Source: Octopus sinensis
Lineage: Eukaryota
Reading direction: 5' to 3'
Assembly: GCF_006345805.1 (NCBI RefSeq)
Contig: NC_043000.1
Span: forward strand, 14,446,001-14,510,000
Length of the DNA stretch: 64,000 nt
Each line of letters opens with the position of its first letter. Position 1 is the stretch's first letter. This document shows, piece by piece, positions 24,918 through 37,049 of the stretch. A program made the translations under genes and the position numbers. The notes under the pieces are model-generated. The model was not told the origin of the DNA, searched no databases, and was given only the letters and a program-made list of their open reading frames with translations.

Positions 24918-25994
24918 AGTTAAGAGGTGAAAAAAAGGAGAGAGAGAAAAAAATATGTAGGGATTAATGATTCGGTGTGAAGGAGTAGACAGAAGAAAGA
25001 GGCTATCTATCTATCTATCTATCTGTCACTTCCTCTTCCTTGCCTTTTTTTTCTTGTGTTTCTTTTTATTACATTAACCCCAGTGCTCAACTGGTACTTA
25101 TGTTATTGGCCCTGAAAGGCAAAATCGACTTTGGCAGAATTCAAACCCAGAATGTAATGAGTCAGAAGAAATACCACAAGGCATAATTTCTTTGTGGAGC
25201 ATTTAAAGATCTATATTTGAAATGTTTAACAATGTCAAAAATAGCTGGATTTGATTAATTTTTTCCGCTGACATTGGGACAGAATTTGGCCAAAAGAAAT
25301 GTTCATATTTAACAAATGTCTGCTGAAAAAACTGTTCTGCAAACCCCGAATGCTACAAATTTCTAGGTATTGAAGAAAATATCTCATATAAAGGCACTGT
25401 GAATACATGTTGCATGATCAAAGAATGTTAGATCAGACTTAAAAAAAGATATATCTGTCAGAGCTTTCCTTTACAACAGGACAATATCCCACAATGTGCT
25501 TGCAGCACTTCTGAACCATCCTGGTCAAGTTTTCCAGCTCAAGATCACTGCCTACCATATGGACATGGTCAGATTGGCAAAATTAAACGTTCCACCATAA
25601 AAGGCATTAATGCCTTTGTGAATATGGCTCAGATCGATTGATGAATAACAAAGTGGGCTGAAATCTTCATACCAAATAGTCTGCTTGAATCTTCCAGAAA
25701 ATCCACCAGGTTATTGAAAGCTGACCAACTGAACCTCAGATAGAAGTATTCAGCAGCTTACTTTGCTTTGTGAGATGGTCTCTCATACCCTTTCACTTTT
25801 TCCTACTTAACATGCTTGTGTCGTGTTCAACTTTGGGTGTCAAACCATGCACATATTAATTACTTGCTGTAGTTCTAACTTTTTCTGTTTATTCTGTCTT
25901 CAATAACAGTTCACTGCTTTTATTTAATTATCTAACATATAGCATTATGGAAGTTTTTTTAACTATTATGTTCGTTATCTATATGTTCGTTAAC

Positions 25995-26229
25995 AAAGGC
26001 GGCGAGCTGGCAGACACGTTAGCGCGCCGGGCGGAATGCTTAGCGGTATTTCGTCTGTCGTTACGTTCTGAGTTCAAATTCCGCCGAGGTCGACTTTGCC
26101 TTTCATCCTTTCAGGGTCGATAAATAAAAGTACCAGTTTTGCACTGGGGTCGATGTAATCGACTTCATCCCTTTGTCTGTCCTTGTTTGTCCTCTCTATG
26201 TTTAGCCCCTTGTGGGCAATAAAGAAATA
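25995..26229 (+). mobile_element. SINE group B, young copy
   Basis: CpGs intact; 15-bp TSD tatatgttcgttaac. Confidence 0.93.
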
Positions 26230-26344
26230 TATATGTTCGTTAACTATGTCATTCCGTAAAATCAAATATTTGTACACATATAAATATAGAAGGTTGATTC
26301 AAAGACTACCAATCCAAGCCATCACTGGAACTGTAAAAATCTGT

Positions 26345-26449
26345 AAAACTTTCCAGAAGTTTATCATTTAAGTATATATGAGCATGTTTAGACATGCAAC
26401 TATATGCATGAGAATACATACATAAAACAAAACATACAAATCTGCACAT

Positions 26450-26480
<31 letters not shown>

Positions 26481-26781
26481 CATACATATATACATACATA
26501 CATACAAAAATACCCTGTTGAATGTTGTTGAAATTCCAATGAATTGGATCTAGGTTAGAAACCAACACTTTCTCTATTGGCAAGAAATCTTGAAATAAAA
26601 CTATGTAATGACATACACACACACACACAAACATATGCCTCTGTGTGTATGTGTGTGTGTGCATGTACGTGCATGTGTGCACATTCGTATGTATATACAT
26701 TAACACACATGAAATGTAACAGCTTAGTTTACATGGTATCATAAAGATGCATATTTTACTTGAAAGCAAAAGGCACGTTTC
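26345..26781. repeat. unclassified interspersed repeat, copy 2
   Basis: Colinear with 7575-8056. Confidence 0.7.
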
Positions 26782-27186
26782 AAATTTAAGATATAAATCA
26801 CAAATAAAAAGCTTTTGCAAATCGATTACACAGGATACTTCTGATGAAGAAAGGTGGAAATGAGGTTTTAAGAACAAAATAAGCAACAATATTTTAATAA
26901 GTGTTGCCCAGTGGCTAATGTTGAAGGTATCAAGCAGAGGAAATTGAGAAAATTGCCTTGCTAATGTGACAGGAAACACAGTGTGTTTTGATCATAAAGG
27001 GATACAGCAAAGTCGTAAAAAGGAAGGTAATTGATATTGATTGGCCAAAAGCAAGCTGTGAGAAGCAGAGTGGGAGGTAAAAGGTAAGCTATCACAATTG
27101 AGTTCCCTCAACGCTGGTGAGACAAAATTGTACAAATTCATATATGGTTGGATCTCTTAATCTCAACAAGAAGAAATGCACAAATA

Positions 27187-27588
27187 TCTATATATATAAA
27201 GCTGAAGTTGTCTGTGTATGGCAGGTTTGGTAGCCTTCAACTAACATTATCTTCTCCAAGATCCTGCGGCGCAAGTTGACCAAAATAGGGATTTTCATAG
27301 AAAAAAAGCACCTTTTTGATAGAAGAAGGCTTGCTCTTCCTTCCGTAGAAGAAAAAATTGAAATCGGACCATGTTAACACCAAAAATTATTTACATCAAA
27401 AGGGTGCTTTTTTTCTATGAAAATCCCTATTTTTTGACTGCTGTGTCGCCATTTTTCAGTGTATTTCAACCAGAAAAATGTTCACTTAAAGAGAATAGCA
27501 AGCTACATAATGCAAAATTTTTATTTTCCAAAAATTCTAATTCTAAAGAGTCGAAACAAACCCGAGCAATGCCGGGCGATACTGCTAG
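27187..27588 (+). mobile_element. non-autonomous Helitron (family 2)
   Basis: A|TCTATATA...CCCGAGCAATGCCGGG...CTAG|T. Confidence 0.85.
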
Positions 27589-28159
27589 TATATAGATATA
27601 ATAAGATATGCAACTGTCAACTGCTTACAAAAGTCAACAAATCCACGTGTATATGTGTATATGAATAAGGATAGATGACCATTAACAAATAAGAGACATC
27701 AAAATAAATGTTATGGAAAAGCAAAGTACCAAAACATAATTTGTACTTAATACAAATGCAAATAGCTGTCTGTGTATCTTAATGCAAATGCATTGCAGAA
27801 AGGCAAACTAAACTGCGGTATTTGTCTGTTAAATATCTGTTAATGTACAGTGTTTAAAAATACAAATATACCAATAGCAGAGGGAAATGGACCAGTAATG
27901 GTGGTGAGATTGCTGGATGCATGTTCTTGTCTCTTTGGGCTTTGTCAGTAGCATGTACTCACTTGGCTCTTGATTAACCATTAAACAAAGCAATCATGTG
28001 CTTGGGAATCAAGAGAAGTGGAGAGGGGGTAACTCAGAAGTGGTTGATGGTTTACAGCACAAAAGAAATCATTTTTAATTTGCTAAAATAATATTTGGGA
28101 TGCTTTATCTCTACTAAGTATGGAAGCAGATGTGTTACGTAAGATTAATTTCGAGGATC

Positions 28160-28556
28160 TTGCCAGCCTCGCCTGGCCCCTGTGCCGGTAGCACGTAAAA
28201 GCACTATCCGCTCGTGTCCGTTGCCAGCCTCGCCTGGCCCCCGTGCCGGTGGCACGTAAAAGCACCATCCGTTCGTGTCCGTTGCCAGCCTCGCCTGGCC
28301 CCCGTGCCGGTGGCACGTAAAAGCACCATCCGTTCGTGGCCGTTTGCCAGCTCTGTCTGGCACCTGTGCGGGTGGCATGTAAAAAGCATCCACTACACTC
28401 GCGGAGTGGTTGGCGTTAGGAAGGGCATCCAGCCGTAGAAACACTGCCAGATCTGACTGGGCCTGATGAAGCCTTCCGGCTTCACAGACCCCAGTTGAAC
28501 CGTCCAACCCATGCTAGCATGGAAAACGGACGCTAAATGATGATGATGATGATGAT
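28160..28556 (+). mobile_element. RTE 3' UTR fragment with 61-bp tandem array
   Basis: Three 61-bp units plus a divergent fourth; tail matches 3940-4118. Confidence 0.85.
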
Positions 28557-29832
28557 CAAAGACTTTGCAATTAAAAAAAGTAGGAGAAAACTTTCCAAAT
28601 ATAAATAAAGTGAGTACACAAAAATAAACATAATTTTCCATCTTAATGTTTTGCTCCATTTTGAAAAAACATTTATTTTATGGTTTATTGTTGTTTATAT
28701 TTTGAATTACATTTATATGAGGGAGGGATAACAAAATTTTTTGAATGCTTATGGCCTTTATGGATCTTAATCCGGACTTGTATTCACTGTCAACCGCATG
28801 TTAAAACAAAATAGCAGTCAGTACAAGCTACTGACAAAGGCCAAAGAAGCAGAAATGCACATTGTATTGATGTACATTTTCATGCTGAACTGAGTTTGTG
28901 ATTCATTTATTACAGGAAAATTTCAGAAAAATATTAAAGTTTGATCATTTTTACCCAATCAGAAAACAGGGTTTGTGTGTAATAGCTGTCACAAAATGAA
29001 AGTAAACGTTAGAAGAAGTTTCAAACAAAATGAAAGCAATGTGTGAGAGACAACACATTTATACAGAGTTGTAAAGAGTGAGGTAACAAATAGAGAAAGA
29101 TGGATTGATGGTGATAGATAGCGAGTGGGAGAGTTGTTGATTTAAAAGTTGAGTTATTTCTTGTAATAAATTATATATATTTTTTCCATTATTTACAGAT
29201 GACCTTCTCTTTAGGGTGAAGATTTCAAACACCAGACTCATTTTTCTTGAGGACACACTGTTTCAGAGCCTTTTGGGGCTAAACTCACATACATAACCAC
29301 ATTTATATAGAAGAGATATGAGGATAAATTTAGATGCTTGGTCATATAATGAACAGGCGAATAGCCAGGCACTATGGAGTAGAAGTGTTAAATAGGCCAA
29401 ACATATTGTTATGAAGGGTTAAGATTTCAAAAATATAGTTCTGGCATTGACTGGCAAATACTCTTCAGCTGGGTGATGTTGTGTGGTCTAAGAAAGGGGC
29501 TTTATAAACAAGTAATATAATGTGAGAGGAATGATAAGGTGTGTAGGGGTTGAAATGAAATAATAATTCATTTTTCAGACATCTGTACAATCTGGAGTGC
29601 CCAAACACGAAGGCTAGGAATAGGGGAACCCTTGAGAGTTATCTGGCAACTATTGTTGAATGTTTAGTGACAAGTGTGTGTGTTTGTAAGTGTGTTGTAT
29701 GTGTAAGGGTGTGTGATTACATTATTGCATGTAATCATGTATGTGTGTGTCTCTCTTGTGTTTGTATGATTATAGCTTGTATGTATGTATGTATATAGGC
29801 AGGTATATACATGTAGGGTTGAGGGGAGGTGT

Positions 29833-30370
29833 GGAGGTGCATGGCTTAGTGGTTAGGGTGTCAGCATCATTATCGTAAGGTTGTGGTTTTGATTCCCGCA
29901 CTGGGCGATGCATTGTGTTCTTGAGCAAAACACTTCATTTCATGTTGCTCCAGTTCACTCAGCTGGCAAAAATGAGTAACGCTGTGATGGACTGGTATCC
30001 CATCCGCTGGGGAACACATGCACCATTGAAACTGGGAAACAGGGCCCATGAGCCTGGCCAGGCTTTAAAAGGGCACATTCATGGAGGCACAATGGCCCAG
30101 CGGTTAGGGCAGCGGACTCGCAGTTTTGATTCCCAGACCAGGTAAAGAGTGTGTTTATTGAGCGAAAACACCTAAAAACTCCACGAGGCTACAGCAGGGG
30201 GTGGTAGCGACCCCTGTATTCTCTTTCGCTACAACTTTCTCTCAATCTCTCTTCCTGTTTCTTGAGTAATGCTGCGATGGACTGGTGTCCTGTCCAGCTG
30301 GGGGGATCACATGCACCACAGAAACCAGGAAACCAGACCCATGAGCCTGGCTAGGCTTGAAAAGGGCGAT
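29833..30370 (+). mobile_element. two group D SINEs (head 2 + tail 1; head 1 + tail 1)
   Basis: Two tRNA-like heads at ~29833 and ~30083, each ending GGCCCATGAGCCTGGC.AGGCTT.AAAAGGGC. Confidence 0.8.
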
Positions 30371-30876
30371 GTTTATCGTTTTTGTGAGGGTGTGTATACT
30401 GAGCATCATTATAAATTTGTTATGTATACATGTGTATGCTGTCTATGATTATATTGCTAGCTGTGTTCATGTATGTTTGATAATATTGTGTGTCTGGCAG
30501 AATCATTAGCATTCTAAGCAAAAGGCTAAGTGGCATTTTGTCCAACCTTACGCTCTGTGTTTAAATGCCACCGAGATTGACTTTGCCTTTCATCTTTTCA
30601 GGATTGATAAAATAGATACCAGTTGAGCACTGGGAGCGATGTAACCAATTTAGCCCCTCTCCCGAAATTGCTGGCCTTGTGCCAAAATTTGAAATCAGTA
30701 TTATTTCTGTTTGTGCATGTATCATCATCACCATTTTAATGTCCATTTTTCCGTGTTGGCATGGGTTGGATGGAATTTTGTTGTGGTATCTTCTATGGCT
30801 GGATGCCCTTCTTGCTGCCAGCTCTCATCTATTTGCAGATAATATAATATTTCCCCATGACAAGATATGTCTATTG

Positions 30877-31848
30877 CAGGACAGGATAAAGACCTACAGA
30901 GGCCATAAGCACTTAAAAGATTTTGGTGCCCCACCATAAATACGTAATTTAAAATATAAACAACAATAAACCATAAAACAAATTTTTATTTTTCAAAATG
31001 TAACAAAACTAACAGTAAGATGGAAAATAAAGTTTATTCTTAAATACTTCCACTTTACTTATATTTGAAATGTTTTATCCTACTTTTTTTAATTGCAATG
31101 TCTTACTATGAACACTTTGAAATTATATTTCTGATGATTTACAGGAATCGTTTTGAATATTATTGGGTTGTCTGGAAAGTTCATGCCGATTTATAGTAGC
31201 TTACCTTTCGACTTATTTTAGAACATGGTTGAGTCCATAAAATAGGATTTGACTACACCTCCATTTAGAGCACAGTTTAAGCTATCTTTTCAGGAAAGAA
31301 GGTTTATGTTCCTATAACCTGTGTTAATTCTGTAACCCTTTAAAATGGAAGATAAGAAAGTTCATTTTTGGCACTTGGTGCTTTGGGAACCAGACAAAAA
31401 TTGCTGCAGCTCAGCTGGGATGTGTTACCCCACCCTCCATATTCACCAGATATTGCTCCTTCGGATTTCCACTTATTCAGGTCTCTGCAGAATAGTCTTA
31501 ATGGTAAAAATTTCAATTCTCTGGATGACGTAAAAAGATACCTTGATGAATTGTTTGCCATGAAACCACCTCAATTCTGGGAAGAGGGTATTTTCAAGTT
31601 ACAGGAAAGATGGAGACGAATTGTGCAACAAAATGGTTCATATTTGGTTGATTAAAAATGTAATGGCAAGTATTTATTGACCATTTTCTTTCCTTTAAAA
31701 ATCGGCACGAAATTTCTGGACAACCCAATAGTATAGCAAGTTTAAAGTGATTTCTTCTGCACCATAAACAATTTACTATTTCTGTGGTGCCTCCCTTTCC
31801 TTGAAGCCTTAAGCACTCTTATTTTGCATAATGGTTAACCCAGTGCTG
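30877..31848. mobile_element. hAT-type MITE containing the mariner insertion
   Basis: CAG...CTG ends with degenerate TIR; 8-bp flanks gtctattg / gtccatag (6/8 match). Confidence 0.5.
31161..31730 (+). mobile_element. internally deleted mariner, copy 2
   Basis: Same TIRs and deletion junction as copies 1 and 3. Confidence 0.93.
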
Positions 31849-31900
31849 GTCCATAGGAACACATATTGCCTCCCATTTATTGTTTTGTTTTTTTTCCGCT

Positions 31901-32132
31901 AAGGCGGCAAGCTGACAGAAACGTTAGCATGTCAGGCGAAATGCGTAGCCGTATTTCGTCTGCCATTACGTTCTGAGTTCAAATTCCACCGAGGTTGACT
32001 TTGCCTTTCATCCTTTCGGGGTCGATAAATGAAGTACCAGTTATGCACTGGGGTCGATGTAATCGACTTAATCCCTTTGTCAGTCCTTGTTTGTCCCCTC
32101 TGTGTTTAGCCCCTTGTGGGTAGTAAAGAAAT
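31901..32132 (+). mobile_element. SINE group B
   Basis: Matches family consensus. Confidence 0.9.
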
Positions 32133-32337
32133 ATACATTTATTGTTTTTACTGAGAATTACATTAAGGGATCGAGTATAATGTATAATGATTAGGTTGTT
32201 CAATTGATTGGACAACTGGAATACTTGTTGGTTAAAACAATGGTGGATCAAATTACTTGTTTCTGTACTATTATTATTTGTGATTACGTGTGTGTTTGTA
32301 GATATGCATAACTGCATATCGATGTTCATCAGTGTAT

Positions 32338-32778
32338 GTGTGTGTGTGTGTGTGTGTATGCAATTCAGAACGATTGTATGTAAGAGTGCAATAAAAGAAT
32401 CAAGTGAATGTGTGTCTATATCTGTATGTTTTTTTGTATATGTATGTGTGTGTGTGAGTGGGATTATCCTAGTGCATATCTGTATGTCTGTGTGATTGTG
32501 CTTAAAGTGTGTATGTGCATAAGGATTGTGTGTTGTTGAATACATTAATGTGTGTGTGTGTGTGTGTGTGTATGCAATTCAGAACGATTGTATGTAAGAG
32601 TGCAATAAAAGAATCAAGTGAATGTGTGTCTATATCTGTATGTTTTTTTGTATATGTATGTGTGTGTGTGAGTGGGATTATCCTAGTGCATATCTGTATG
32701 TCTGTGTGATTGTGCTTAAAGTGTGTATGTGCATAAGGATTGTGTGTTTGTTGAATACATTAATGTGTGTGTGTGTGT
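32338..32778. repeat. near-identical 214-bp tandem duplication
   Basis: Unit gtatgcaattcagaacg...gaatacattaat repeated, bounded by (TG)n. Confidence 0.92.
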
Positions 32779-32931
32779 GCACAGGCATGTGAGTGGAGTG
32801 TGTAAGGAATGTAGGAATGTGTGTGTGTATGTATGGAGTATGCAGAGTGTCTATGTATACGTATGTGTAAGTGTGTGTGTAAATGTATTATGCCAAAGCA
32901 GCTAATTCAATTAAATATAACAGGCAGGCCA

Positions 32932-33162
32932 AAGGTGGCGAGCTGGCAGACACATTAGCGCACTGGGCGAAATGCTTAGCAGTATTTCATCTGTCATTAC
33001 ATTCTGAGTTCGAATTCCACCGAGGTCGGCTTTGCCTTTCATCCTTTCAGGGTCGATAAATAAAGTACCAGTTTCGCACTGGGATCGATGTAATCAACTT
33101 AATCCCTTTGTCTGTCCTTGTTTGTCTCCTCTATGTTTAGCCCCTTGTGGGCAATAAAGAAA
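32932..33162 (+). mobile_element. SINE group B
   Basis: TSD-like tataa(c/t)aggcaggcca on both sides. Confidence 0.9.
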
Positions 33163-33542
33163 TATATAATAGGCAGGCCATATGGGAAAGGGTTGAATCA
33201 TGAATGATTTCAGATTGGAGGATCAATGTTCATTTGCATTATAATGTCTGTGTATTATTTGCATGCGAGCATGAGTTAGATAAAATGGACAGTTATTTAG
33301 GGTAGAATTTTTAGCCAGAAGCTCTTCTTGTCAGCAACATTTATGTTTCCTTTTCTTTTTTTTTTGTTTCTTTTCATCAAGTAAGGGCTTTCCTTATTTT
33401 AGAGGTCTTTGAGAGCATAGAGCAATTAGTTATGTGCCAACAAGGAATGTCAACACCATCATCATTTTGCTGAAGTGGTGACATGTGGCATATCAACTCA
33501 TTCACACACACACACACAACATATATGTGTATTTATATAGGT

Positions 33543-33930
33543 GGAGGCGCAATGGTCCAGTGGTTAGGGCAGCGGACTCGTGGTCATAGGATCGCGGTTT
33601 CGATTCCCAGACCAGGCGTTGTGAGTGTTTATTGAGCGAAAACACCTAAAGCTCCACGAGGCTCCAGCAGGGGATGGTGGTGATCCCTGCTGTACTCTTT
33701 CACCACAACTTTCTCTCACTCTTACTTCCTGTTTCTGTTGTACCTGTACTTCAAAGGGCCGGCCTTGTCACTCTCTGTGTCACGCTGAATATCCCCGAGA
33801 ACTATGTTAAGGGTGCACGTGTCTATGGAGTGCTCAGCCACTTACACGTTAATTTCACGAGCAGGCTGTTTCGTTGATTTGGATCAACCGGAACCCTCAT
33901 CGTCGTAACCGATGGAGTGCTTCCATCATC
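33543..33930 (+). mobile_element. SINE group D (head 1 + tail 2)
   Basis: GGAGGCGCAATGGTCCAGTGGTTAGGG...GGTTTCGATTCCC; 12-bp TSD atttatataggt. Confidence 0.9.
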
Positions 33931-34852
33931 ATTTATATAGGTATGTGTATACACACACACAGGTGCAGACATTGCCATGTGATAAAAAGATTGCTTTCTG
34001 ACCACATGGTTCTGGGTTCAGTCCCACTGTATGACACCTTGGGCAAGTGTCTTCTGCTATAGCCTCGGGCCGACCAAAATTTTGTGAGTGGATTTGGTAG
34101 ACAGAAACAGAGAAGCCCATCATAATAGGTTAGATAGGATGATGTCTATATTACAATATTACAACAACCAACAATATGTTGTGCATATATAGCAATATTG
34201 CAATCATGAAATTAGCATTAGCTCATCTCACTCTTTCTTGGGGTACCCCTAGGAGCCTTTTGCAGAACCTTTGGATTTAAAGAAACCCCGGTTCAGAAAC
34301 GCTGAAGTTATAGAGTAGTAGAGTATTTAGAGAATGTGAGTTATAGCTTGTTCATAAAGTGCTTGGCTTTACACATGTGTCATCAGACCCTGGTGGTCAG
34401 TGACCTAATGGTGTTGCTACTATCTTTGCTACTGTCATAGCAGCTGGAAAAACAGCTGCTGCTATTTGGGGTCAAATACCAACTCAGCCTCATATACAAT
34501 TCCCCTGCTTTCACACTGGTCTCCCACAGGATTTCTGCTGTAGTCCCTGCATGAGCATCCCACCACCGTTTGAACCCACCAGCCATTAGGGTCTGACTAG
34601 ACATGTAAAGCTAAACGCTTTTTGGACATGAAACCTTAGGTAACCCTATGAACTGGCCATAACTAATAATCTCTAAATAAATATATATATATATTGGCAT
34701 AGGAGTGGCTGTGTGGTAAGTAGCTTTCTTACCAACCACATAGTTCTGGGTTCAGTCCCACTGTGTGGCAACTTGGGCAAGTGTCTTCTACTATAGCCTC
34801 AGGCAGACCAAAGCCTTGTAAGTGTATTTGGGAGATGGAGACTGAAAGACGT

Positions 34853-34890
<38 letters not shown>

Positions 34891-34894
<4 letters not shown>

Positions 34895-35105
34895 TGGGGA
34901 GAATTCACAAAAAAAAACACGAAGACAGGTGGTGTAGACCACAAACAGATATATTGGTATAACGCTCGGGAAGTGAAAAAGACTTTAACGTTTCGAGCCT
35001 ATGCTCTTCCACAGAAAGGAACACAGAAAGAAACAAGGAGAGAAAATAACGAATGTGTAGTGGCTAACGATCTATCATGGCAAATGCTGGGCAGAAGAGT
35101 CAAAC
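34891..35105 (-). mobile_element. dispersed copy of the hammerhead-bearing repeat, next to the (TA)n of a group A SINE head
   Basis: Shares agacaggt..., gctcgggaag, the motif and ggagagaaaa...gtgtag with the 24553 units. Confidence 0.7.
34983..35018 (-). ncRNA. minimal type-I hammerhead-like motif, A6U core (best preserved)
   Basis: cttt-CTGTGGA-a-gagc(atag)gctc-GAAA-cg-TT-aaag; palindromic ACGT in place of stem III. Confidence 0.65.
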
Positions 35106-35155
35106 ACATATATATGTATATATTATACATATATGAGGGTGGTAGTCATGTATAG

Positions 35156-35435
35156 CAGTGGTTCCCTAAGTGGCCAGTACTGCCCCCTTGGTGGTGGTGG
35201 AAAGATCCAGAGGGATGTTGAAGAAAAGTGGGATGATAATGGGGTGGCCAAAATGGGGTGATAGATGTAAGAAAGAAAAAAATATTAATAGGTTAATTAA
35301 ATTTAAGTTTTATTTGTGAAATAAAGTTGTTTTGAATTTGCCGCAGAAAGTGGTCTATATTTGTGGTGGAGAGGGTGAGGGGGTCACTAGGAATGTGGCC
35401 CAGGTGCCAAGGGGGCAGTACCATGCAAACTACTG
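35156..35435. mobile_element. hAT (Charlie-like) MITE
   Basis: CAGTGGTT...AACTACTG ends; perfect 8-bp TSD atgtatag. Confidence 0.85.
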
Positions 35436-35968
35436 ATGTATAGTACATAGTAATGAGGGGGATGGAGAATAGAGGTAATAGTTGTTGTTATTGTTGTTCA
35501 GCCCTTGGTGAACCATGTTTGAGAAGCCCAATAATCAAAGGTATTCCTGCCATGACCAACCTGTCTTTACATGATTATTATGTAAGACTGCATTATCCAA
35601 TGTATCATTTTGTTTCCTAAGAAGGCAGAGTATAATTTGAGGGAGGTTTGACAGCTATTTCTAGCTGGTCAAGCAACCACATAATAACACACCTGTTCCC
35701 TTGGTGTGTGGATGGGTATTAGGGGGTGGTGGTAATGGGGGGACTTGTACTTGTAGCTCTCACATTGCCTCTTTCCGCCACCCTTTCCCTTCACTTCCTC
35801 TCCCTCTTTTTCTCTCTACCTCTGTCTATCAAACAACAGGTCAACTGGTCAGTGATGTTTATTTAACACAAAATCTGTAACTGGACTCTGACCAGGAGGT
35901 AGGACATACAAACACTAAGCTGTTTAGAACAACATCCTGTATGGTTAATCTTACCAGATTTGGGTAAG

Positions 35969-36725
35969 GGTGATGGTGGTGGTGGTGGTGGTGGTGGTGG
36001 TGGTGGGTGACTGATGGTAGGGGATGATGAAATGAGATGTGATGTGGTGTTGCGGCAGTAGTGGTGGTGGTGGTGGGATGGTGAAATGGGGTGTGATGTG
36101 GTGTTGCGGCAGTAGTGGTGGTGGTGATGGTGGTGGTGGTGGTGGTGGTGGGTGACTGATGGTTGGGGATAGGGGATGATGAAATGAGATGTGATGTGGT
36201 GTTGCGGCAGTAGTGGTGGTGGTGGTGGTGGTGGGTGATGGTGGAATGGGGTGTGATGTGGTGTTGCGGCAGTAGTGTTAGTGGTGATGGTGATGGTGGT
36301 GGTTGTGATGGCGTGGCATGTGTGGTAATATGATGTGGTGATAGTGGTGGTGGGGGGTGATGGGGGGGTGAAATGGGGTGTGATGTGGTGTTGAGGCAGT
36401 AGTGCTGATGGTGATTACAGTATGATGTGGTAATGTTGTGACAATGTGGTGTGTGTGGTAGAAATGGAGATGGTGGTAGTGTTGGTGGCACTGTGGTGAG
36501 GACAGTGATGATGTAAGCAAAGATTATTGTTATGATTATGACTATGATAGTGGTGATGATGATGATGATGAAGATTCTCAAAACCCTAATCCTGATGACA
36601 AAATCTGAATGATGATGATGATGGTGGTGGTGGTGGTGGGGTGATGATGATGATGATGAGGAGGAGGAGGAGGACAACGACAACGACAACAGTGATGATT
36701 ATGACGATTATAACGAAGATGATGC
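35969..36725. repeat. (GGT/GAT)n low-complexity tract with recurring gtgatgtggtgttgcggcagtagtg units
   Basis: Five copies of the unit visible. Confidence 0.9.
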
Positions 36726-36817
36726 TTTAGTCACTGAAAGCCTGATCATGTAACAGGTTCTGTATAACTACATTGTCAGTTGCACTCATAGAGTTAGTCA
36801 TGTGGGAAAAACCACAT

Positions 36818-36995
36818 TGCCGTATTTCAATGTGTATAAGGAACCCTTTTTTGTCAAGAATTAAGGTAAAAAAATATGGGAGTTACTTATACATGGATAC
36901 TATTATAATCCCTTACAAAACCTTTTTTCCAAATTTTAAGCCCAAAGGAACCCTCCTTATACATGAGGGTTCCTTATGCACATTAAAATATGGTA
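36818..36995. mobile_element. Tc2/pogo-like MITE
   Basis: TIR CCGTATTTCAATGTGTATAAGGAACCC / GGGTTCCTTATGCACATTAAAATATGG-TA. Confidence 0.7.
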
Positions 36996-37049
36996 TGTGA
37001 TCAGTCCATCTAAAATGATAGGAAAAGCTTCACTATTTGATACACTTTA

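Larger units (their letters stand above)
24553..25005 (-). mobile_element. tandem dimer of a ~215-bp repeat carrying hammerhead-like motifs (retrozyme/Penelope-like)
   Basis: Units 24553-24766 and 24789-25005 (period 236) separated by (TATG)n; homologous to 34891-35105. Confidence 0.7.

Noticed and set aside
25260-25920. Possible further coding exon or decayed transposase
   Set aside because: No sustained open frame or recognisable motif by eye
33543-33615. tRNA genes (here and at other A/B-box matches)
   Set aside because: Each continues into a SINE body and tail with a TSD; no closed acceptor stem or pol III terminator
35859-36689. 276-aa His/Thr/Pro-rich ORF
   Set aside because: Low-complexity (GGT/GAT)n tract; no true ATG start or splice support seen
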